NCBI GenBank assembly: GCA_965209015.1
Contig: OZ242367.1
Span: 2,048,865-2,112,864, forward strand
DNA: 64,000 nucleotides
Direction: 5' to 3'
Source of the DNA: Rhodothermales bacterium
GTDB taxonomy: Bacteria; Bacteroidota; Rhodothermia; Rhodothermales; Bin80
The stretch's first letter is position 1. Every line of letters starts with the position of its first letter. The position numbers and the translations under genes are program-made. Of the stretch, positions 40,846 to 52,000 are shown piece by piece. A model generated the notes under the pieces. That model saw nothing but the letters and a program-made list of their open reading frames with translations. It did not search any database and was not told where the DNA came from.

Positions 40846-43800
40846 TCAGTATCTCACCGATCCCCGTAGATTCAAGCCGATCCCTCTTTGTGAGCTAACA
40901 ATGGGATACGTTACCCCAAACATGGATACATTCACATAGTCCCACGGCTGTAATTCTACCCCCAGTCGGTACATCCTTCCCGTGAATAACTGAGTCATTC
41001 CTGCTATGGATCGCACTACCCCAGACTGGAATGGAAGTCCATAAGCCATCTCCATCTTGATCTGGTTATGGTTCGTACCCACAGATGTCGTTTCATGGAT
41101 TGCCTTCTGACGTAGCAATACACCGCCCTGATTCGGTCCCCACGATGGGCGGACCGATACTACCAATCCCTCGGGACCATCCCCAAACTGTACCAACCCC
41201 GATAGACCCCACTCGGTAAACCCGTTCGCACTGTGGATTACTAGTCCCTGCGTCCGCATCTCCCCCTTTAATCGCCATGCTGGATACGCAAGCCGGATCC
41301 CACCGCTTAATTCAAGTCCTGTGCCCGTCTCTGCACTTCCTCCATCCCTCCGTACATTCGCTTCCACATAGGGACGGATCACCTTGCTGATTCGCAGATC
41401 GCTCCCCAGCCCTGCTCGTACCCGGTAGACTTGTACACTTACTGCATGTTCGTCCACCTCTGCCCCCGAATACAAAATATCCCCATGCACTGTCAATCCA
41501 ATCGATGCATTTGAAGCCCATTCTCCGTGCGCACCCGCTGCACCAAATATTGATACCAGATCCCCTTCTAACTCCTGAACCTCCGTCCGACCTTGTCCAT
41601 AGCCCATTGCCATCCACGCTCCCCAGTCTGCCCTCTGAATGGATATATACGGTATCAGGCCCGTGAGCCCTGAATGTACGTCACCTGACTCCTCAAACAC
41701 ATCAAATGACCCATCCCCCTGACTGTGCGATACCAATAGTCCAGCCAGCCACCCTCTTTGCCATGTATAATCCATCCCAACCATCGCAGTAGTTACATCT
41801 GCGCGGAGACGTAGCGCGCCCTCTCCTTGCCCATTGAACCGGGTGAAGGAACCCCGCCCCCAAACACTTAGGCCCCCGCCGGGCAGAGTACCTGATAGAT
41901 GACATCCCGCAAGCAACTCACTCAGCGACGGATCCCAGTCAGAAGTCGTTCCCCACAGCTGCGCCATCACCATTCGCTCCCCCGCCGAACAAGAGGATCC
42001 CCCCATGCGAGACTGGAATCGCTGATGCAAAGCCTCCACAATCTGTACCGTGGAAGTCCGTATAAACCGAGCAGTATACGCTTTCATAACCTCTGAACTC
42101 ACCGTGGTTGACTCCTGAATCGTTGCCACAGCCACCGCTTTCTCAGTTTGAGCCTTACCTAAACTCTGTAAATGTACCGTAAAGGTTTCCTCTCGCCAGT
42201 CAAACTCGTCCGCTAATAACTCCACGACGATCTCTTCTCTGATCGTCCCCGGAACAAACATGAGCACGCCACTCGTTGACCGATAATCCTCCCCCGCAAT
42301 TGCCGTTCCATTTTCAGTCCGATAACCAACCATGACAGGATCTGCACTCGGTTGGGACAAGTGTACGGAAAATTGGACCCTACCATCCTCTTCAAATACC
42401 ACCTCATCATCAATCCTAACCATAATCCCTCCATCGTCATCAAGGATTGTGACACGCCCGGTCCCGCGGAGTATTTCGGCGTTACGTGCATTCCTTAGCA
42501 CCACTGTGAACGTCTCATCTGGCTCCGGGACCTCGTCATCCAGAATGTCCAGACGGATCTTCCCTCTCGTGGATCCTGAACTAAACAGGACAATACCTCT
42601 TGAATCCTGATAGTCTGATCCCGCTTCGGCATCCTCGGCCACCGCTTGATACATCACACTGACCAATTGGGCCACAGGCTGACTCAACTCCACTCGCAGG
42701 TCAACATACCCACCCCCCTCACTCACCTCTGCATCATAGATCGAGAGCGTCAAGACCCCCAAGTCATTGATGCGCACCTCTAAACTAGCAGTTTCATCGT
42801 CATAGCCACCTCCACTGGCACTGTGGGTCAACGTAAACTGTTCGTTATCTGTATCCTGATCGTCCAATGCCTGAATAGTCACCGTCTGAGGATCATTCCA
42901 GTTTGACGGCGTAAAGGTCAAAGACTCCTGATCAAGGGTTACTTTATTTGAATGCCCCGTAACCGTGATGGTCATGGTGGAAGTCGGGGCAGATTGAAGC
43001 TCAACAGTGTAAGTGTCCGCAGGTCCCCCTTCCTCAAGGTCAAGTGAAAGAGGATTCAATAGGATCCCTTTCTGGTCAGTGTCTTCTACCGTAACTGTTA
43101 CCATTCCAGTAACCCCATCATACTCTCCTCCGGCGGCGGTAAGGGTAAGCGTCTCTAGATTCTCATTCTCGGCGTCATCATCCTTATTTGCAGACACCGT
43201 AACCGTCTGCGGCTCATCCCAAGTGGAGGAAGTAAAGATCAGAGTGGATTGGTCATGAGTGAGGTCCTGATTCGTGAACATTGGAATTTGGACGGTCACA
43301 GGGACAGCCGAGGGGGAGGAAAGCTGGACAGTAAACTCCTTGGATGTCCCTTCCTCAATCGTGAGTTCGGTTGGATTGACCACCAAGTTCGACACATCTC
43401 CATCAATCACGGTAACCGGGAGGGTTGCTGTCTTTCCATTATAATCCGGATCAACACTACTTGCTGTATGGATCAGTGTGATTACTTCATTGATCATATT
43501 GTCGTCTGGATCTGATCGTACAGTCACCTCCCGCAGTTCACCCCAGTTTGAAGATGTAAAGCGAAGCACCAATGGCGAAACCGTAACCCCTCCTTGCGAT
43601 CCGGCGATGTTCACGGTCACAGGTTCAGACGGCTCAGTCCGAAGCCTGACTGAATAGATTTGTGTATCTCCCTCTGTCACATTTAGTGAGGAAGGGATCA
43701 ACTGAATTTCAGCAGCATCGTTATCAATTGCTGTAACCGATAAAGATGCGGTCTTTCCATTGTAACTTGGATCCGAACTGGTTGCCGTATGGATCAGAGT

Positions 43801-46800
43801 GAAGTCTTCATTGATCGTATTGTCGTCTGGATTGGCTAGAAGGGTAACTTCCTGAGGCTCATTCCAGTTTGAAGATGTAAAGCTGAACTCTTGCGGCGAA
43901 ACCATAACTCTCCCCTCCGATTCTGGGATGCTGACGGTCACAGGTCCAGTCGGCGCAGACATTAGCCGAATCGTATAGGTCTCTGTATCCTCCTCTGTTA
44001 CTTCCAGCGAAGTGGGAATCAACTCTATCCCGGCAACATCGTTATCAATTATTGTGACCGTTAGGGTTGCGATATTTCCATTGTAATCTGGATCCAAACT
44101 GGTTGACGTATGGATCAGAGTGGAAGTCTCATTGATCGTATTGTCGTCAGGCTCCGCGTATAGAGTTACCTCCTGAGGCTCATTCCAGTTAGAAACTGTA
44201 AAGCTGAACTCTTGTGGCGAGGAAGTAACAACTCCCCCTCCCTCAATGATATTGATCGTTACAGGTTCGGCCGGCTCAGACATCAACTGGACCGTGTAGG
44301 TCTCTGTATCCTCCTCTGTCACTTCCAGCGAAGTGGGAATCAACTCTATCCCCGCGACATCGTTATCAATGATTATCACCGAGAGAATAGCGGTATTTCC
44401 ATCGTAGTCAGGATCTGAACTGGTAGCGGTATGGTTCAACTTAAAGGTTTCATTGATTGTATTATCGTCTGGATCAGCCCGTACAGTTACCTCCTGCACC
44501 TCATTCCAGCTTGAAGTGGAAAAGCGGAGTACTTCTGGCGAAAATGCTGCCACTCCTCCTAATTCTTCAATATTGACGGTTACCCCCTCAGTCGGCTGAG
44601 AAAAAAGTCGAACCGAGTAGGTTTCTTCATTTCCCTCCTCCACATTCAGCGAAGTAGGAATCAACTCTATCCCCGCAGCATCATCATCAATCACCGTGAC
44701 CGAAAGGCTCTCTGTTTTTCCATCATAGACTGGATCCGAACTGGCTGCCGTGTGGACCAGAGTTGATGTCTCATTGACCGCATTCTCGTCTGAATCTGCG
44801 CGGACAATCACATCCTGTGGTACATCCCAGTTTGAAGACGAAAAGCGGAGTTCTTGGAGAGAAAGTGATACGATTCCTTCCGATTCAACGATGTTAACGG
44901 TTACCACCTGAGCCGGCTCAGACAATAGCCGAACGGAGTACACTCCTTCACTTCCCTCCGTCACATTCAGTGAAGAGGGGCTCAATTCTATCCCAGTAGC
45001 ATCGTTATCCGTCACAGTGACGGGCAGTGTGGCAGTTTTTCCATTGTAATCTGGACCCGAACTGGTTACCGTATGGATCAGAGTGGTATTTTCATTGATT
45101 GAATTGTCGTCTGGCTCCCCTTGCACGGTCACCTCCTGCGGCTCATTCCAGTTTGAAGCCGAAAAGCGGAGTAGTCGAGGGGAAAATGTTACCACGCCTC
45201 CCAATTCGTCAATTCGGATAGTCACAGGCTCAACCGGCTCAGACTGAAGCCGGACAGAGTACGTTTTTGCATCTCCTTCGATCACACTGAGCGAAGAGGG
45301 GGCTAGTTTGATCTCTGCAACGTCATTATCAGTCACTGTGATCGTTAGAGTTGCTGTCTGTTCATTATAACTAGGATCCGAACTGGTTGCCGTATGGATC
45401 AGGGTAGAGGCCTCGTTGATTGAATTGTCGTCCGGATCCCCCCGTACGGTTACTTCCTGAGGTACACCCCAGTTAGAAGCCTCAAAGTGAAGCACCTGGG
45501 GCAAAAATTTTACAACTCCTCCCGATTCGACAATGTTGATGGTTACCCGTTCAACCGGCTGAGACAGGAGTTGAACCGAGTAGGTTTGGGTACCATCCTC
45601 CATCATATCCAGTGAAGGAGGGGTTAAACCAATCCCTGCAGCATCATCATCCGTCACCGTGACCGTCAGAATTTTTGTCTGCTCATTATAATCTAGGTCT
45701 GAACTGGTTGCCGTATGAGTCAGGGTAAAGACTTCACCAAACGAATTGTCGTCTGGATCCGCTTGCACGCTCACCTCCTGCGGCTCATCCCAATTTGAAG
45801 CTGCAAAGCGAAGCACTTGGGGCGAAAATGTGATACCTCCTCCCGATTCAGCAATGTTAATGGTTACTTGCGAAGATGGCAAAGACGTTAGTTGAACAGA
45901 GTATGTTTCCGAATCTCCTTCGGTTATATTTAGAGACGAGGGGGAGAGCTCAATCCCCGCATTATCGTTATCAATGACCTTGATCGTCACCACCTGGGTG
46001 ACGTCATCGTAGCCGCCCCCACTCGCAACTAACGTGATGGATTCAGTTTCATCCACCGCATCTGGGTCCTCAGCGGCAAAAACCCTTACGGAGGGAGTAT
46101 TGTATTGAGACCTGAAAAAGAGTAGTAACTCTGTATCCCGAGTCAGTGCTGGATCTTCAAATGTTGGTATTCTCACAAATACAAGGCGCCCCGAAGGTCG
46201 TGCTGCAAGGGTCACCGAGAAATTCGCCTCTCCTCCTTCAGGAACAAATACCTCAGGCGGAGAAACGATAAGTCCTGGCTCATCATCATCCACAATCGTA
46301 ACCGTAATGCTTCCTTCCTCACCATCATACCCAGCGCCACTGGCAGCTACCACAATTCTTTCAAAGTCATCCTGAAAATCATCATCCTGTTGAGCAGTGA
46401 ACTCCACGGACTGCCAAACATTCCAGTCGGTACTCGTAAATGTCAGGCTAGATGGCGATGCGATTATATCCCCTTGGCTTTCGGGAATAGATACGGTGAC
46501 GTCGGGAGTTCCAATATCATTAAGAGGTTCATCTGTAAGACGAATGGAGAAGCTTCTCGTCTCGCCCTCGGGAATACTCAGTGACGAAGGAGAGACCTCA
46601 AGGCCGGGACCCTCATCGTCTTCAATTGTGATGATAAATTTGAAAGACACGCCAAGAAAATCATTCTCTTCGAAATCAGGCCCCGTGACGCTAAGAACCA
46701 GGGTGACCTGATCATCTAGATCGTCCGCATCATGTGCGGCCTCAAACACTGCTGCTTCTGTTGGCTCCCAACAAAAGGGCCAGAACTCGCCAGACCGACT

Positions 46801-48018
46801 AAAGCATGGAGACCCTGCGTCTACCGGATAGCTCACACTTGATGGGGTTACAGTTAGATCCGAATCCTCATGCCCACTATAAGTTGATACGAAAGCGTTA
46901 AAGTAAGACGGGTAAGATTGAAGCGAAAGCAAAGTTATTTCCGGCGCACTTCTGCTGGTTCCTTCCCGAATAGAAACCGGATATGGAGGGACATCTTGAA
47001 TGGTAATCACCATGGTGTATTTCAAACCAGTGTAGTCTCCTCCCGTCGCAGTGAACAGAAGAGTCACCTGCTCATCCTCAGAGTCATCATCAAGTTCAGC
47101 GAGCATCCTCAAGCTCTGTGGTTGCCATGAGTCGTCTTTCAGATACTCAAATGTCGTTTGATTCAGAGTAAGAGTAGTTCCTTCATGTCCGGTAAGCACA
47201 ACGGTAACATCCCCCGAGGGGAATCCTATAAAGGGCCAAAAGTAAGAAGTTAAGGGTATATTCAATAAATGACTTGTGCCCTCAACAATGGTTACTTGAT
47301 CCCGCTCCCAGACTTGTTCGTCATCTACGATCTCTACCTCTAATACGAATGCCTCTTCGCCGTCAAAGGAAATGGTGACAGTTAATTCGTCATTGATCTC
47401 ATCATCATCCTGCCCCGCCGTTAGGGTAATTGTTTTATCCTCATAGTCGGTAGGCGTAAGGGTAAATGTACTGGGACTCACGGTGAGGTCTGTACCTGCA
47501 AAGCCCGTAACGACTGCAGTTACATCAGTTAAAGGCGCCTCATCCATGGAGATAGTGACTTCTACTGAATTTCCTTCCAGAATCTTAACAGGGATTGGAT
47601 CATTTTTCGCCATTCCTTGACGATCCCAAAACCTTTCTACAGGTTTATGCATATGGCTCTCGCGGGCCGGTGTCAAGATTTCATGGCGCCAAACAGGACC
47701 GATCAATGTATCAGATGAAAATGCGCGGATTGATGGACCGGGAATCCGAGATTGGTTCGTACCACCCATGTCCATATTCCACTGTCGTGGATCTGGCCCA
47801 CTCAAACCCTCGGAATCCAAGCTGATGCCAACCGAAAATCTGCCCAGTTCCTCTTCAAATGTGGGTAAACTTGCGATTGGCAAATCGTTCGCCGCCACTT
47901 TGATTTGGATCTTTGGCACATAGTCCTGTCCAACGGAGACTGAGGGGAGATAGGCCAATATGAGTATAAGAACTTGCAGCCCTCGCCTGATAAAAAATGT
48001 CACTAAATGATGCTGCAT
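40846..48018 (-). CDS. Giant (2390 aa) surface protein: signal peptide, ~20 beta-sandwich passenger modules including 8 tandem ~106-aa repeats and 2 canonical Calx-beta domains, and a C-terminal autotransporter (type Va) beta-barrel
   Basis: Signal peptide MQHHLVTFFIRRGLQVLILILAYLPSVSVGQ. Calx-beta domains: EVSEGGGYVDLRVELS..AEAGSDYQDSRGIVLFSSGST..DDEVPEPDETFTVVL and TENGTAIAGEDYRSTSGVLMF. Barrel: GGLSVWGRGSFTRFNGQGEGALRLRADVTTAMVGMDYTWQRGWLAGLLVSHSQGDGSF...NLRGSVRY. Confidence 0.8.
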   Translation of the reverse strand: MQHHLVTFFIRRGLQVLILILAYLPSVSVGQDYVPKIQIKVAANDLPIASLPTFEEELGRFSVGISLDSEGLSGPDPRQWNMDMGGTNQSRIPGPSIRAFSSDTLIGPVWRHEILTPARESHMHKPVERFWDRQGMAKNDPIPVKILEGNSVEVTISMDEAPLTDVTAVVTGFAGTDLTVSPSTFTLTPTDYEDKTITLTAGQDDDEINDELTVTISFDGEEAFVLEVEIVDDEQVWERDQVTIVEGTSHLLNIPLTSYFWPFIGFPSGDVTVVLTGHEGTTLTLNQTTFEYLKDDSWQPQSLRMLAELDDDSEDEQVTLLFTATGGDYTGLKYTMVITIQDVPPYPVSIREGTSRSAPEITLLSLQSYPSYFNAFVSTYSGHEDSDLTVTPSSVSYPVDAGSPCFSRSGEFWPFCWEPTEAAVFEAAHDADDLDDQVTLVLSVTGPDFEENDFLGVSFKFIITIEDDEGPGLEVSPSSLSIPEGETRSFSIRLTDEPLNDIGTPDVTVSIPESQGDIIASPSSLTFTSTDWNVWQSVEFTAQQDDDFQDDFERIVVAASGAGYDGEEGSITVTIVDDDEPGLIVSPPEVFVPEGGEANFSVTLAARPSGRLVFVRIPTFEDPALTRDTELLLFFRSQYNTPSVRVFAAEDPDAVDETESITLVASGGGYDDVTQVVTIKVIDNDNAGIELSPSSLNITEGDSETYSVQLTSLPSSQVTINIAESGGGITFSPQVLRFAASNWDEPQEVSVQADPDDNSFGEVFTLTHTATSSDLDYNEQTKILTVTVTDDDAAGIGLTPPSLDMMEDGTQTYSVQLLSQPVERVTINIVESGGVVKFLPQVLHFEASNWGVPQEVTVRGDPDDNSINEASTLIHTATSSDPSYNEQTATLTITVTDNDVAEIKLAPSSLSVIEGDAKTYSVRLQSEPVEPVTIRIDELGGVVTFSPRLLRFSASNWNEPQEVTVQGEPDDNSINENTTLIHTVTSSGPDYNGKTATLPVTVTDNDATGIELSPSSLNVTEGSEGVYSVRLLSEPAQVVTVNIVESEGIVSLSLQELRFSSSNWDVPQDVIVRADSDENAVNETSTLVHTAASSDPVYDGKTESLSVTVIDDDAAGIELIPTSLNVEEGNEETYSVRLFSQPTEGVTVNIEELGGVAAFSPEVLRFSTSSWNEVQEVTVRADPDDNTINETFKLNHTATSSDPDYDGNTAILSVIIIDNDVAGIELIPTSLEVTEEDTETYTVQLMSEPAEPVTINIIEGGGVVTSSPQEFSFTVSNWNEPQEVTLYAEPDDNTINETSTLIHTSTSLDPDYNGNIATLTVTIIDNDVAGIELIPTSLEVTEEDTETYTIRLMSAPTGPVTVSIPESEGRVMVSPQEFSFTSSNWNEPQEVTLLANPDDNTINEDFTLIHTATSSDPSYNGKTASLSVTAIDNDAAEIQLIPSSLNVTEGDTQIYSVRLRTEPSEPVTVNIAGSQGGVTVSPLVLRFTSSNWGELREVTVRSDPDDNMINEVITLIHTASSVDPDYNGKTATLPVTVIDGDVSNLVVNPTELTIEEGTSKEFTVQLSSPSAVPVTVQIPMFTNQDLTHDQSTLIFTSSTWDEPQTVTVSANKDDDAENENLETLTLTAAGGEYDGVTGMVTVTVEDTDQKGILLNPLSLDLEEGGPADTYTVELQSAPTSTMTITVTGHSNKVTLDQESLTFTPSNWNDPQTVTIQALDDQDTDNEQFTLTHSASGGGYDDETASLEVRINDLGVLTLSIYDAEVSEGGGYVDLRVELSQPVAQLVSVMYQAVAEDAEAGSDYQDSRGIVLFSSGSTRGKIRLDILDDEVPEPDETFTVVLRNARNAEILRGTGRVTILDDDGGIMVRIDDEVVFEEDGRVQFSVHLSQPSADPVMVGYRTENGTAIAGEDYRSTSGVLMFVPGTIREEIVVELLADEFDWREETFTVHLQSLGKAQTEKAVAVATIQESTTVSSEVMKAYTARFIRTSTVQIVEALHQRFQSRMGGSSCSAGERMVMAQLWGTTSDWDPSLSELLAGCHLSGTLPGGGLSVWGRGSFTRFNGQGEGALRLRADVTTAMVGMDYTWQRGWLAGLLVSHSQGDGSFDVFEESGDVHSGLTGLIPYISIQRADWGAWMAMGYGQGRTEVQELEGDLVSIFGAAGAHGEWASNASIGLTVHGDILYSGAEVDEHAVSVQVYRVRAGLGSDLRISKVIRPYVEANVRRDGGSAETGTGLELSGGIRLAYPAWRLKGEMRTQGLVIHSANGFTEWGLSGLVQFGDGPEGLVVSVRPSWGPNQGGVLLRQKAIHETTSVGTNHNQIKMEMAYGLPFQSGVVRSIAGMTQLFTGRMYRLGVELQPWDYVNVSMFGVTYPIVSSQRGIGLNLRGSVRY
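43396..45960 (-). repeat. Eight in-frame tandem repeats of ~318-321 bp inside giant gene 1
   Basis: Units of the form AGIEL[IS]P[ST]SLNVTEG..TYSV.L.S.P...VT.NI.E.GG.V..SP..L.F..SNW.EPQEVTV.A.PDDN.INE...L.HTATSSDP.Y.G.TA.L.VTV.DND. Adjacent unit boundaries are nearly identical at the DNA level, e.g. 44011-44055 vs 44326-44370. Confidence 0.85.
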
Positions 48019-49010
48019 GTGTCAGATTAGAGAATTCAGCAATCACCGGTGGTAAACACAAAGAACTAACCTATCTTTATGAGCAAGTTTCTAACAGACT
48101 GGATTCAGTATCAAGAATGTGCTAGCAACTACCTCTTACGTTACGAATGTAATAACTCGAGTACACTGTAAAATGTTTGTTCTACACACAACTCAATCAG
48201 TATCAGACAAGTTTTGGGGATAGTCTATCATCCGAATGTGCTACGATACAATGTACGAATAATTAGAGACCCTTTCTGCCAATCAAACTTGGATGCTGTT
48301 TTCCTAAATAGTGCTATATTTTCACTGTCTCAGGAAAAATTTGCAGACCTGTACTTTATCCTTTGATCTCTGGAACCGTAAAGACTTGTCGTTAATAACA
48401 CATTCTAGACACATCTACCGAATCCTAACCATTGCCCCATGGTTGCCGGGCAAGCCACGGCTATTCATTTCAGGAATAATATGAACTGAGGCCTCTGAGC
48501 ATCACAAGTTTATCTGCTCAGACTCGGAATGATATTCATCCTTATGAATCATAGCTATCCCAAACTCACGAATGAGTGACTAATCATTTGAAAAGGTTTA
48601 CAGCTCCTGGCTTTCCGAATCTGTAGTTGCGAGGGTCACTGAACGACAATGGAAAGATAATAATAGACCATAGCGATGATTCTATTTGCGCAATCTGACC
48701 CTCGATCCTTCCTTAGGCCAATACCTTCCCAGTAATTCAGTCCCAATTGGTCGGCAGGGATCCAGTTCAATTTCCTCACCACTCTGATATTTTGCCCCCT
48801 AAGTATTAGGAAGTTAATCCTCAATCCAGTAGCTTCTGTAAGTATGCTTAGATGTTATAGATACTGTGAATAACCACCTCCTTCAGATACGAATCGGTAT
48901 TCTTCTGCCAGAACATTAAAAAATTCCCCAAACTCTAAAGATAGATTTGGAGATTGGGGTACACAAATTCAAAATCTGCTTGCTTCACGCCCGATCGGAC
49001 ACCCTTTCAA

Positions 49011-52000
49011 TTAATATCTCAACGATCCCCTTAGATTCAAGCCAATCCCTCTTTGGGAGTTTGCATTGGGATACGTTACCCCAAACATGGATACATTCAC
49101 ATATTCCCATGGCTGTAATTCTACGCCCAGACGATACATCCTCCCAGTGAACAATTGAGTCATTCCTGCAACTGATCGCATCACCCCGGCCTGGAATGGT
49201 AAGCCATAAGCCATCTCCATCTTGATCTGGTTATGGTTCGTACCCACAGATGTCGTTTCATGGATTGCCTTCTGACGTAGCAATACACCGCCCTGATTCG
49301 GTCCCCACGATGGGCGGACCGATACTACCAATCCCTCGGGACCATCCCCAAACTGTACCAACCCCGATAGACCCCACTCGGTAAACCCGTTCGCACTGTG
49401 GATTACTAGTCCCTGCGTCCGCATCTCCCCCCTCAATCGCCACGCTGGATACGCAAGCCGGATCCCACCGCCCAGTTCAAGTCCCGTACCCGTCTCTGCA
49501 CTTCCTCCATCTCTTCGAATATTCGCTTCCACATAGGGACGGATCACCTTGCTAATGCGCAGATCGCTCCCCAGCCCTGCTCGTACCCGGTAGACTTGCA
49601 CACTCACTGCATGTTCGTCCACCTCTGCCCCCGAATACAAAATATCCCCATGCACTGTCAATCCAACCGATGCATTTGAAGCCCATTCTCCGTGCGCACC
49701 TGCCGCACCAAACATTGATACCAGATCCCCCTCTAACTCCTGAACCTCCGTCCGACCTTGTCCATAGCCCATTGCCATCCACGCTCCCCAGTCTGCCTTC
49801 TGAATGGATATATACGGTACTAGGCCCGTGAGCCCTGAATGTACATCACCTGACTCCTCAAACACATCAAATGACCCATCCCCCTGACTGTGCGATACCA
49901 ATAGTCCGGCCAGCCACCCTCTTTGCCATGTATAATCCATCCCAACCATCGCAGTAGTTACATCTGCGCGGAGACGTAGCGCGTCCTCTCCTTGCCCATT
50001 GAACCGGGTGAAGGAACCCCGCCCCCAAACACTTAGCCCCCCGCCGGGCAGAGTACCCGATAAATGACATCCCGATAGTAGCTCGCTCAGCGATGGCTCC
50101 CAGCCGGAGGTCGTTCCCCACATCTGTGCCAGTACCATTCGCTCCCCCGCCGAACAAGAAGATGCACCCGTGCGGGACTGGAATCGCTGATGCAAAGCCT
50201 CCACAATCTGTACCGTGGACGTCCGTATGAACCGAGCCGTATACGCTTTCATAACCTCTGAACTCACCGAGGCTGCCTCCTGAATTGTTGCCACGGCTAC
50301 CCCTTTTTCAATTTGAGTCTTACCCAAACTCTGTAGGTGTACCGTGAAGGTCTCTTCCCGCCAGTCAAACTCATCCGTCAATAGCTCCACCACGATCTCT
50401 TCCTTGATCGTCCCTGGTGCAAACATGAGCACTCCACTCGTTGCCTGATAATCCTCTCCCGCGATAGCCGTCCCATTTTCCGTCCGATAACTGACCATGA
50501 CTGGATCTGCACTCGGTTGAGACAGGTGTACCGAAAATTGAACCATACCATCCTCTTCGAGCGCCACCTCATCATCAATCCAGACGATAAGCCCTCCATC
50601 ATTATCAAGGATTGTGACACGCCCGGTCCCGCGGAGTATTTCGGCATTACGTGCATTCCTTAGCACCACGGCAAACGTCTCGTCAGGCTCTGGAACTTCG
50701 TCATCCAGGATGTCCAAACGGATCCGACCTTTCGTGGATCCAGAACTAAACAGGACAATGCCTCTTGAATCCTGATAGTCTGATCCCGCTTCGGCATCCT
50801 CTGCCACGGCTTGATACATTACACTGACCAATTGGTCCACCGGCTGGCTTAGTTCCACTTGCAGATCTACATAACCGCCCCCCTCACTCACCTCCGCATC
50901 AAAGATCGAAATCGTCAAGATGCCCAGATCATTGATGCGTACCTCTAAACTAGCAGTTTCATCGTCATAGCCACCTCCACTGGCACTGTGGGTCAACATA
51001 AACTGTTCGTTATCTGTATCCTGATCGTCCAATGCCTGGATAGTCACCGTCTGAGGATCATTCCAGTTTGACGGCGTGAAGGTCAAAGATTCCTGATCAA
51101 GGGTCACTTTATTTGAATGCCCCGTAACCGTGATGGTCATGGTAGAAGTCGGAGCAGATTGAAGCTCAACGGTGTAAGTGTCCGCAGGTCCCCCTTCCTC
51201 AAGGTAAAGCGAAAGAGGATTCAATAGGATCCCTTTCTGGTTAGTGTCTTCTACCGTAACTGTGACCATTCCAGTAATCCCATCATACTCTCCTCCGGCG
51301 GCGGTAAGGGTAAGCGTCTCTGGATCCTCATTCTCGGCGTCATCATCCTTATTTGCAGACACCGTAACCGTCTGCGGCTCGTCCCAAGTGGAGGAAGTAA
51401 AGGTCAGAGTGGATTGGTCATGAGTGAGGTCCTGATTCGTGAACATTGGAATTTGGACGGTCACAGGGACAGCCGAGGGGGAGGAAAGCTGGACAGTAAA
51501 CTCCTTGGATGTCCCCTCCTCAATCGTGAGTTCGGTTGGATTGACCACCAAGTTTAACCTATCTCCATCTATCACGGTAACCGGGAGGGTTGCTGTCTTT
51601 CCATTATAATCTGGGTCCACACTACTTGCCGTATGGATCAGTGTGATTACTTCATTGATCGTATTGTCGTCTGGATCCGATTGTACAGTCACCTCCTGCA
51701 GTTCACTCCAGTTTGAAGATGTAAAGCGAAGCATCAATGGCAAAACCGTAACCACTCCTCCCGATTCAGTAATGTTGACTGCTACAGGTTCAGACGGCTC
51801 AGTCTGAAGTCTGACGGAATAGATTTGTGTATCTCCCTCTGTCACATTTAGTGAAGTAGGGATCAACTGAATTTCAGCAGCATCATTATCAATTACTGTA
51901 ACCGATAAAGATGCGGTCTTTCGATTGTAACTTGGATCCGAACTGGTTGCCGTATGGATCAGAGTGTAGGTTTCATTGATCGTATTGTCGTCTGGATTGG

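Noticed and set aside
41093-42491. Alternative-frame ORFs inside giant gene 1 (41093-41278, 41312-41617, 42213-42491) that are conserved in giant gene 2 (49258-49443, 49552-49782, 50378-50656). I considered overlapping genes.
   Set aside because: They lie in the ~3.3-kb block where the two paralogs are nearly identical at the DNA level, so every frame is trivially conserved. Their Gly/Arg/Trp-rich composition is typical of off-frame translation.
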